From IMG/VR virus record IMGVR_UViG_3300020572_000004: 64,000 nt of DNA; one strand, written 5' to 3'. Below are positions 56,262-64,000 of the stretch, piece by piece. Every line of letters starts with the position of its first letter. Position 1 is the first letter of the stretch. Position numbers and translations under genes: made by a program. Below the pieces are notes generated by a model that had not been told where the DNA came from, made no database searches, and saw nothing but the letters and a program-made list of their open reading frames with translations. This DNA comes from an uncultured virus (IMG/VR IMGVR_UViG_3300020572_000004). Lineage: Duplodnaviria > Heunggongvirae > Uroviricota > Caudoviricetes.

Positions 56262-58124
56262 TTAGCGATCTCGTTTAAATGTGTTGTAGTCAACTGAGCG
56301 ACTGCTTCCACCAATTGCAATGCTGTCAACTTCTCCGCTAACATTTACCAAATTCATATCAATTCTTATAAGTTGGTTTTTCTTAGGAGCAATATCGTTG
56401 CTTGCAGGCAATAAGTTTAGTGTGATTGTTAATGGCTCTCCGCCATCAACATACAATTCAGCCAATTCAACTTTTCCAGTAACAAGGTTGATACGACCAA
56501 CATCGCTGTTTATTTTTACTCGCTCACCGGCAGCGCCCAAATAATAAACGTACAATCTGTGATATGTTGGGTCACCAGCTATAGCTTCATCACCATAATA
56601 ACACTGTGTTGCATTGATATTAAAAGATGAAGAAGAAATTATAACATAACCATCTTCATCATTAGTTAAGGCTGTGCCATAGTATATAGTATTCGCTGAC
56701 TGATTTTGCGGATCCACCACAAAAGATTTGGATACATATACACGCACCAAACTGTTTAAAATTGCAGGACTATATGTATCAATAGTTTTTAACAATGATG
56801 AATGTCGGAATACACCATCAAATGACTCAAGGTATGCAACACCAAAACCATTAACCGCTGTGTATATTTTTCCTTCAAGCTCACCTTTTGAAAGATTTGT
56901 TTTGGTATTGTTATATTTGAACAACACGTCCAAGCTTAAGTTGATATATTCAGGATCTACAAACTCAGGAGTAATACTCAATACCTTTTTGTATTTAACA
57001 ATGTTGAGTATTTCTGCTTTCTGTGTAGCTGTTAAATACAATGCATCTTTTGGTTTTACACAAATGAAAGCTTTACCATATTGAGGAGGGTCATTATCTT
57101 CACCGCCCCATACAGCTATACTTTGGGTTGATGGAAATTTAGCAGTAATAATTGTTTTGTAGTCATCCGCTGTTACTGCACGGTTTTGACTGACAAATGA
57201 ATTGGGCGCATTGAATCGAATACTTTCAATATCTTCTTTACTGTTACCACCTGCTGCGGAGCTAACAGTAATTATAGGAAGTATGCTGGTTGCACCAGAC
57301 GGCAAGGTGCCTATGTACTGAAATGAATTTGCGCCGTTGCTATCGACACCAGCGGTTGTTAGATATTCAAATTCAATTATGCTTAAATTGTTAGGGCGTT
57401 TTCCAAAAATATTATTACCAAACTCTATTTGATATTTGCCATAAACATTTTCGTTAAGAAGATAAATTTGGCTATCGCCATTTATACTTCCTATGCTTAC
57501 TTCAGTAAAAGGAGTATAGATGTCAGCAGTTTGTTGGCTGCTGCTGTTGTATACTCTAACAATAAGTGTACTAATATCAACATTTTCATCATCAATTTGA
57601 TATGTTAATTTTTCGGATACATTATTAACCTGAAAACGTTTAGTCTCAATACTACCTTGTTGAACTTTAATTGTTTCGGTATATAAATTTTGCCCAGAGT
57701 CTTTGTTTATAACCAATTCATCGAGGTTTAGAAACACATAAGTTTTTCCATTGATACTTGTTTTAAAATTGCTTCCGCGTGGTAAAGTAATGGCTGATCG
57801 CCCGTCACCAACAAATGAAACATTTATTGAAGCAGAAGCACTAGCTTTACTGCGAGGAATATAGCCAACAAGTTTTGCATTTGAAACTACACTGCTGCGC
57901 AATTGGGCGCTGTCAATAAATGTTTCATTTAGTGCCATATGCGCCAAAATTGCATTATAGTGTGTGTTGTATGCTAATACATCTAGCAGTTGGTTTAATC
58001 CGCTGCCAGCATAATTCCAATCACTAAATGGTGAATCGCTTGTTGTAAAATAATCAATTAGATTTTGTTTGATTGCATCAAAATCCAATTCGGTTACATT
58101 TAGTGTTTGTCTAGAAATTGACAT
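56262..58124 (-). CDS. gp6: baseplate wedge subunit
   Basis: ELDFDAIK, LLDVLAYNTHYNA, QNRAVTADDY, VWGGEDN. Confidence 0.95.
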   Translation of the reverse strand: MSISRQTLNVTELDFDAIKQNLIDYFTTSDSPFSDWNYAGSGLNQLLDVLAYNTHYNAILAHMALNETFIDSAQLRSSVVSNAKLVGYIPRSKASASASINVSFVGDGRSAITLPRGSNFKTSINGKTYVFLNLDELVINKDSGQNLYTETIKVQQGSIETKRFQVNNVSEKLTYQIDDENVDISTLIVRVYNSSSQQTADIYTPFTEVSIGSINGDSQIYLLNENVYGKYQIEFGNNIFGKRPNNLSIIEFEYLTTAGVDSNGANSFQYIGTLPSGATSILPIITVSSAAGGNSKEDIESIRFNAPNSFVSQNRAVTADDYKTIITAKFPSTQSIAVWGGEDNDPPQYGKAFICVKPKDALYLTATQKAEILNIVKYKKVLSITPEFVDPEYINLSLDVLFKYNNTKTNLSKGELEGKIYTAVNGFGVAYLESFDGVFRHSSLLKTIDTYSPAILNSLVRVYVSKSFVVDPQNQSANTIYYGTALTNDEDGYVIISSSSFNINATQCYYGDEAIAGDPTYHRLYVYYLGAAGERVKINSDVGRINLVTGKVELAELYVDGGEPLTITLNLLPASNDIAPKKNQLIRIDMNLVNVSGEVDSIAIGGSSRSVDYNTFKRDR

Positions 58125-58131
58125 ATATTGA

Positions 58132-58569
58132 TTATCTTAAACGGGTTAAATAAAATTGAACTTCTTCTTCTTGATCGTATAGTACAACAAATCCTATGGT
58201 TATGCGGTATGCATTGTTGTCGCTATCATCATATATTTGAACGGTCACATTGTTTATTCTTGGTTCAAACTGACCAAGGCATCGCAAGATTTCATCCTTT
58301 AACGAAAGAGCAGTAAAAATACTAGCTGGCTCAAACAGTAAAGCGCGAACACCACTTCCAATTTCAGGATGAAACGGATGATCATAAAAACTTGTCAGGA
58401 CTATATTTTTTATGCTGTTCTTTACAGCATCAATATCTGTAATTGGCCTGATATCTTTAAGAACCGGATGAACGATAAATGATAAATCTAAATCGGAATA
58501 TATGTACTTCTTTGCAACATTACTTGAAGTGATGGTTGAAGAATTGTAATCCGATAAGATATTACTCAT
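58132..58569 (-). CDS. gp25: baseplate wedge subunit
   Basis: YSDLDLSF, AVKNSIKNIVLT...PFHPEIGS, FEPRI. Confidence 0.93.
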   Translation of the reverse strand: MSNILSDYNSSTITSSNVAKKYIYSDLDLSFIVHPVLKDIRPITDIDAVKNSIKNIVLTSFYDHPFHPEIGSGVRALLFEPASIFTALSLKDEILRCLGQFEPRINNVTVQIYDDSDNNAYRITIGFVVLYDQEEEVQFYLTRLR

Positions 58570-58584
58570 TACATTCTATTTATA

Positions 58585-60561
58585 TCAAAGCGTCTTGCCT
58601 GCTTTTGGCGCACCGCTTACAACACGAACTTGGATTGGTACAGCATATGATGGTTTTGTTTTTCCACCAGTATTGATGCCTTTATTTTGAATTGATTTGT
58701 ATAGAGACAGATTGGAGCCGCAATAATAATCAATCACATTGTTTGACATACCGCCAGTGTCATGAACGGTTACGCGCCCACTCCCAACGGGTGTTTGATC
58801 TTCGGCATAACGTATTTCAAGAACAGTTTTACCAGTCCAATAGTTGGATGCCACACTAACTCCTTCCACCAGAGTTGCACCATATGCTCCTTTGCTTTGA
58901 CTAAAACCTTCATATCCACCAACTCCACTATCAGCTTTAATCTGATCCTGTGCGGTAGTCTTATCTATGGCAGCAGATCCATACACTGTCATATACATAG
59001 TTATCCATTCTCCAGTAGCTGCAGAATTACGCGCGTAATAAGAACGAATTGCATTGGTATTGCGTGTTATTTCATTTTCAATTGCAGCGCTCCGCCCTTT
59101 ATAATCAAGTTTTGTTGCAGCGTCCCATTCAGGATGTTTACTCAATTCGTCTGATACCAATTTAAGATATGTTGCTTTATATTCAAGGTCTTTACCATCA
59201 TCGGTTGTTCGACTAATATTATCATGATATGAATATGCAAGCGTGTTTAATACTGCTAGCATGCGTATGTAATTTTGCAAATCTGTGCCACCTAATGCTG
59301 CTACTCTTTGAGGGTCTTTATCAAGATATTCTTTTAATTGGAAGATAAATGCATCATACTCATCTTTAGGTTTAGGATCATAAGAAGCATTTGCTACTGG
59401 AGATATGACACCTCCTACAGCTGGTGGAGGATTTGCTAATGGTATGTTTGTAGGGTTGGGAACGGATGCGCCTCCTGGTAAATAGTTAGCGGTTTGACAA
59501 ACATCAAGATTGTTTAAATTATTGAGTATATCTGATAGCCCAGAGACATCAGAAAAGTTGTTTACTATGGCATTAATTTTATTTACCAATGCTATTCCAG
59601 TCAATCCTTGCGATGCAAGCAATGCTTCAATAAGAGTTTCGGGTTTAGTCTTTTTGGGATTTGCTAGATCAGCTATTTTTTTGATAGCATCATATTTTTT
59701 TGCAAGAGCATCAAGTTGTAATAGTAAAGAAGTGGCTGTTGGATTATTGAGTACCAATTCTGTAGCTTTCTTGATACCCATTTCCATCAAGCGATGTGGC
59801 AAATTCTTAGCACAATCTGCTAAACTTTGTACCTGATTAACAAGTTGCAAGTCGTTTACATTAAAAGTATCAAGTATTGAAACGTCCGATACACCGTACC
59901 CAAGCGCATTTGATTTTGATTCAAAAGTTGAAATGCTATCAGAAAAATCTGCGCGCATAACGGTAAGAGTGTATGTTGATGCGCTGACGCCATCTTCAGC
60001 AGTACATGTAATTACCAATATGTTTGTACCAATAATAAGATTTAATGCTATACTAGATGCTCCTGAGGTTACATCACTTCCTTCTACATCAATCTTTGAA
60101 TTGGCAGACGTGCTAGTTGGAGTGATAGCCAATGTAGTAGTTTCGGTTGATACATCAACGCTGTATGAATTGTTTTCAGCAGAAAAGGCTGGAGATAATT
60201 GTCCAGCTGATAAACCGATTGCTGATAATGAACTGACCGTTGACGCTGCAGCCCGTATAACATTAACGGTATATGTTTTTGTAGTTGCATCTTCTGCGGT
60301 AACAACTATTGTAAAAACATTACTGCCTACATTTATAAAAGTTGCCGCACTAGCTGATCCTGAAGTTACGCTAACACCATTAACTTTAACTGTAGCTAAT
60401 CCAGTATCCGCTACGGTTGGTGTTACTGTTCGTGTAGGAGTTTCATATGCTGTGTATGGCATATAAACTGTATATGCCGTTGTGGATGCATTAAAAGGAA
60501 AAGGAGTTAAAGCTCCAGCGCTTGTGGTTAAAGCCGAAAGATTTGCATTGGATGATGGCAT
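58585..60561 (-). CDS. cadherin-like beta-sandwich repeats + C-terminal 3D-domain-like protein
   Basis: Two repeats ending VTAEDATTKTYTVNVIR / CTAEDGVSASTYTLTVMR; C-terminal MTVYG...VASN...VHDTGG...IDYY. Confidence 0.65.
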   Translation of the reverse strand: MPSSNANLSALTTSAGALTPFPFNASTTAYTVYMPYTAYETPTRTVTPTVADTGLATVKVNGVSVTSGSASAATFINVGSNVFTIVVTAEDATTKTYTVNVIRAAASTVSSLSAIGLSAGQLSPAFSAENNSYSVDVSTETTTLAITPTSTSANSKIDVEGSDVTSGASSIALNLIIGTNILVITCTAEDGVSASTYTLTVMRADFSDSISTFESKSNALGYGVSDVSILDTFNVNDLQLVNQVQSLADCAKNLPHRLMEMGIKKATELVLNNPTATSLLLQLDALAKKYDAIKKIADLANPKKTKPETLIEALLASQGLTGIALVNKINAIVNNFSDVSGLSDILNNLNNLDVCQTANYLPGGASVPNPTNIPLANPPPAVGGVISPVANASYDPKPKDEYDAFIFQLKEYLDKDPQRVAALGGTDLQNYIRMLAVLNTLAYSYHDNISRTTDDGKDLEYKATYLKLVSDELSKHPEWDAATKLDYKGRSAAIENEITRNTNAIRSYYARNSAATGEWITMYMTVYGSAAIDKTTAQDQIKADSGVGGYEGFSQSKGAYGATLVEGVSVASNYWTGKTVLEIRYAEDQTPVGSGRVTVHDTGGMSNNVIDYYCGSNLSLYKSIQNKGINTGGKTKPSYAVPIQVRVVSGAPKAGKTL

Positions 60562-60562
60562 A

Positions 60563-61345
60563 TTAGTTTAGTTTAATTTTATTACCTATGATTACCACAT
60601 CACGGATGCTTACAACATTAATACCTTTTCCTCTGATACTTGTAGTGCTTTCTGAAGAGTATTTCGCGCCAGCAGTTGATGTTACACTTATTCCTTTTGC
60701 ATTGATACTTGTTGTACCGCTTGATGCAATTTCAATGGTTGCCGCAACAGTTATACTTTTGCCAGTTGATACTGTTTTATTTTCGCCAAGAACAGTTGTT
60801 AAGTTCATACCGTGAACCGTACTTGTATTGGTGCTATACACATCAGTCTTACTTTCTCCACCAACATAAAGAGTATATTTGCCGCTTGCATGCAATGAAT
60901 AGTCATCATGCACCGTTACTTTGGCGCCAGCACCAATGTTCATTGCATATTCATCAGATATTTCCATTACATATTGACCACCAACTTTAGTACGGCGTGT
61001 TCCTTTTACAGTTTCATTATAGTCTCCATTGATTTCAACATTATAATTTCCATTCACGACAGTATTGCAATTGCCAAGCACTGTTATATTAACATTTCCT
61101 TCAACCGTAATGTTGTCTTCACCATGAACAACTTTATAACCATTGCCATATACAGTAATGGTACGATCACCAGTGGGGTTAATCTCTTCACGTGTACCAC
61201 TCTTATGTTGTCTTAGCAAACGCTCGTGACCAAGAGTATCATCAACTTCAAAAACGTGGCCACTGCGTGTTTGAGTAACGTTATTGAATGGATATACAGC
61301 ACCATCGGTTGGTAAAGATGCACTCCATGTTTCATTGTTTGCCAT
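60563..61345 (-). CDS. gp5: gp5 C-terminal beta-helix needle protein
   Basis: YPFNNVTQTRSGHVFEVDDTLGHER...HKSGT, followed by VxG repeats. Confidence 0.88.
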   Translation of the reverse strand: MANNETWSASLPTDGAVYPFNNVTQTRSGHVFEVDDTLGHERLLRQHKSGTREEINPTGDRTITVYGNGYKVVHGEDNITVEGNVNITVLGNCNTVVNGNYNVEINGDYNETVKGTRRTKVGGQYVMEISDEYAMNIGAGAKVTVHDDYSLHASGKYTLYVGGESKTDVYSTNTSTVHGMNLTTVLGENKTVSTGKSITVAATIEIASSGTTSINAKGISVTSTAGAKYSSESTTSIRGKGINVVSIRDVVIIGNKIKLN

Positions 61346-61356
61346 AATTGTATTTA

Positions 61357-62361
61357 TTAAGCAATTATGGTACAAGTACTACGAACAACAGATAAACTAC
61401 GCGTCTTTGCATAACAACCATTTCCTTCACGACTGCCAGCAGCATTTGTATTTCCTTCAATGGTATTAAATTTACCGTTAGCATCGCTATCACTTGTAGC
61501 TATACCAATATGACTAAATGAAAATATAACAAGATCACCAGCATACACCTTAGATGGATTTGTTGTCAATCTAACAGCATTGCTTTTGCTGCGTGCCCAT
61601 GCTTCATAGCCACCACCTTTAAATGCAGCCGCGCTTTTTGGGCGATCTGCTTCACTAAATACACCACTCTGTTGCACACACCAACTAACAAATGCTGCGC
61701 ACCATGGAGCTCGTGCATTGTAGCCATCAGAATAATCTGTAGCTTTCCACATCTCAGCTATCCCAGGTCCTTGATTTTGACTAACCTCGTATGTGTTGCC
61801 TACTTTACTTTGAGCGGCTTGAATAATTTTTGTTTTAGCTGCACTGTTTACTACAATAGGAGTTTGTGGATTTTCAAGTGTTGAGCATGGGCTACCAGTG
61901 CCTACTGCACATCCTCCAAAATTTTGCGCGCCGCTAGCTTGAGTTGCATAGCCAGCACTAGTTCCAGAATATATTCCTGCACCGCTTGGAGTATCACTGC
62001 CAGCTCTATATGGAAATACTCCATGCGGGTCACCAAACCCTTGCCCAACCGTACCTAAGCCATTATCATAACCAACAGCACTTGGTATACTGCCAGTTAC
62101 AACTGGATCCTGCAATTCTAATCCATCTCTAAAGAAACCAAATACCCATGACCCTGGGACAAGACCAGTAGCACTTTGCCCAACGCCGCTTACGCATGGA
62201 CTTGTTACTGGCATAATGCATGTAGCCCATGGAAGATCTTCTTTAGGCAATTCGGATGTGTCATCAGTATGATACCCAAGGCATCGCACTCGCACACGAC
62301 CTTGCTGTAAAGGATCGCTTACATCTTCAACTACAGCAGTAAACCAATTGCTAATATTCAT
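61357..62361 (-). CDS. gp5: gp5 N-terminal OB-fold fused to a CHAP peptidoglycan hydrolase
   Basis: WFTAVVEDVSDP..GRVRVRCLGYH...LPWA...GSWVFGFFRDG; PWCAAFVSW...GDLVIF...HIGI...TIEGNT. Confidence 0.88.
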   Translation of the reverse strand: MNISNWFTAVVEDVSDPLQQGRVRVRCLGYHTDDTSELPKEDLPWATCIMPVTSPCVSGVGQSATGLVPGSWVFGFFRDGLELQDPVVTGSIPSAVGYDNGLGTVGQGFGDPHGVFPYRAGSDTPSGAGIYSGTSAGYATQASGAQNFGGCAVGTGSPCSTLENPQTPIVVNSAAKTKIIQAAQSKVGNTYEVSQNQGPGIAEMWKATDYSDGYNARAPWCAAFVSWCVQQSGVFSEADRPKSAAAFKGGGYEAWARSKSNAVRLTTNPSKVYAGDLVIFSFSHIGIATSDSDANGKFNTIEGNTNAAGSREGNGCYAKTRSLSVVRSTCTIIA

Positions 62362-63761
62362 TATGCACTATCTTTAATTATTTTTAAACGTGAAGTATAT
62401 ACGCCTTCTTTAAATGAATGAACGGCTACCGCTACCAAATATTCGCCACTAAGAGACAGATCCAATTCTTCAGTATTGGACTTGTTGATATTTGTATTGT
62501 ATTCCGTAGGATCACTACTCTTAGGAACTTCTATTTTAATTTTACGCCCAGGATTAAGTCGAAAGTCGCCATACACTTCAATTTCATGATTCATACTTTC
62601 AAGATTTGCTAAGTATGATTTGGCACGCCCAATATTCTCTGCCAGCGGTCCACTTGAATTGGGAGCGCCATTACTGTTTGCATCGGTGTTTACTGACAAC
62701 AAACTGCGACTAGCATCTGGGCTACCTGTTAAGTTTGCGCCTGGGCTAGTCTTTCCTTTTGAAAAAAAATTCATGGCTTGCCCATATGTAGTATTCGCAA
62801 GCAATCTATTTTTTGCAACTGTATCATCTTTGCTATAATCAAATATCTTACTAATAAAACTTTTCTTAGCATAATCGGTGACATCGGTACGATTTGCAAA
62901 TCCACCTTCAGTAGCCTGCTTGAGCTTGTCCAACTTGATATTGCTTTTCATGTTGAGCACTCTACTCATTGATTCAGCATATGACTCTGGTGTTGCTGCA
63001 GTATTTTTTAAAAACTGATGATAGCGGTATGTTGAATATAATGGTCCTTTGAGTAGCGTTGTTAGCGAACTGATCAACACAACTCCACTTGATATGGTAA
63101 CATACACAAAGAATGGCGCACCATTAACATCATATGCTTTTTTACGCAACCATTCAACCGCTTTAAGTGGGCTTTGAATTGTTAGTATGCCATCAAATGC
63201 TGTACTGCATGAGCCGCGCACAATTACTTTAGTTACATTCAAATCATTTTCAAAAATCTTTCGTATATTTTCTGCTACGTTACCTTTGACGCTTCTGCTA
63301 ATTCGTTTAAGCATGCTTAGGTATCCATAGTCGCTAACAGCAATCAAATTGTATTCTTGTGTACCTATATTGGTAACAGTCTTTTCATAATTTGGATATT
63401 CCTTTACAATAAAATTGATTTCAACATCGCGTTGTGATGTATTTGCAGGATCTCGTTTTTGTTGAGCAACATCAACTTTTTGCAATTTTACATTTATAAT
63501 TTCCTGCCCACTAATTGCAAAATCTTCAAAGAAATTGATTGTATCTCTTATGCGTGCATTAAAAACTACCACTGGAGAAAACAATTCTTCTGTGATGGTA
63601 AAGGCAGTAATTATAGTTTGTATGTCACGCACTTCCCCTTTGGAATTTTGTATGCTTAACGACTTGACAGTATATGCAGATGGTATAAGAGCAACATTAC
63701 CATCCGCGCCAATTCCCTTGGGAGTATTTCTTGACACCGGCGAATTTAAACTATTAGCCAT
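62361..63761 (-). CDS. baseplate hub-like protein (gp27 position)
   Basis: Lies between gp53 and gp5; ITEELFSP, YGDFRLNPG, LSGEYLV...H.F...IKDS. Confidence 0.7.
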   Translation of the reverse strand: MANSLNSPVSRNTPKGIGADGNVALIPSAYTVKSLSIQNSKGEVRDIQTIITAFTITEELFSPVVVFNARIRDTINFFEDFAISGQEIINVKLQKVDVAQQKRDPANTSQRDVEINFIVKEYPNYEKTVTNIGTQEYNLIAVSDYGYLSMLKRISRSVKGNVAENIRKIFENDLNVTKVIVRGSCSTAFDGILTIQSPLKAVEWLRKKAYDVNGAPFFVYVTISSGVVLISSLTTLLKGPLYSTYRYHQFLKNTAATPESYAESMSRVLNMKSNIKLDKLKQATEGGFANRTDVTDYAKKSFISKIFDYSKDDTVAKNRLLANTTYGQAMNFFSKGKTSPGANLTGSPDASRSLLSVNTDANSNGAPNSSGPLAENIGRAKSYLANLESMNHEIEVYGDFRLNPGRKIKIEVPKSSDPTEYNTNINKSNTEELDLSLSGEYLVAVAVHSFKEGVYTSRLKIIKDSA

Positions 63762-63767
63762 AACAAA

Positions 63768-64000
63768 TTAAGAGTTTAAAAGTGTAAAATATGTTCTGGT
63801 GAAGTCCCGCACTATATCGGGTCTGACAACTTTTATCTTTCTTTTGGTGTCGTTCTCAAGCTGTTCTTTTTCATAATTACTAATACTTGGATTACCAATA
63901 AATTTAGTGCTAACTATTGGGGTTCCGGTGCCATACCTAAGTATTGTGGTTGTGCAAACAGGAGGATCGCTACCAATACATACTGTAGTACTGCTGAGCT
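63768..64000 (-). CDS. gp53: baseplate wedge gp53, 3' end only
   Basis: Manual translation ends SNYEKEQLENDTKRKIKVVRPDIVRDFTRTYFTLLNS*, typical of the gp53 C-terminus. Confidence 0.7.
   Translation of the reverse strand, partial: LSSTTVCIGSDPPVCTTTILRYGTGTPIVSTKFIGNPSISNYEKEQLENDTKRKIKVVRPDIVRDFTRTYFTLLNS

Noticed and set aside
1..64000. tRNA or rRNA genes
   Set aside because: Intergenic gaps are short and none showed a cloverleaf by eye; a tRNAscan-SE run would be needed to confirm absence.

Overview
A 64 kb segment of a large T4-like (T4 superfamily, cyanophage-like gene order) myophage genome, with almost all genes on the minus strand. In transcription order (right to left) it carries: baseplate genes (gp53 3' end, gp27-like hub, gp5 split into two genes, gp25, gp6, gp7-like, gp8), a VrlC/DUF4815-like giant structural protein, fibre genes, a mostly very AT-rich ~6.5 kb island of glycan-modifying enzymes, a BspA/DUF285 repeat protein, fibre paralogs with an RcGTA-like head-spike pair, neck/tail/terminase/head genes (gp13-gp23, gp3), uvsY/uvsW, gp55, gp47/46, a VWA + MoxR/CobS-type AAA+ pair, gp45 and dsbA. 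The most notable system is the large terminase. It is broken into two ORFs by an atypically split intein whose short N-fragment is still fused in frame to a GIY-YIG homing endonuclease, and that endonuclease also has its own internal late promoter and RBS. Other notable signals: two antisense early-type promoters sharing a downstream motif, a candidate H-type pseudoknot operator, apparently leaderless transcripts, a CHAP-for-lysozyme gp5, and deletion remnants. All product calls come from motif recognition and synteny by eye; no database searches were run.
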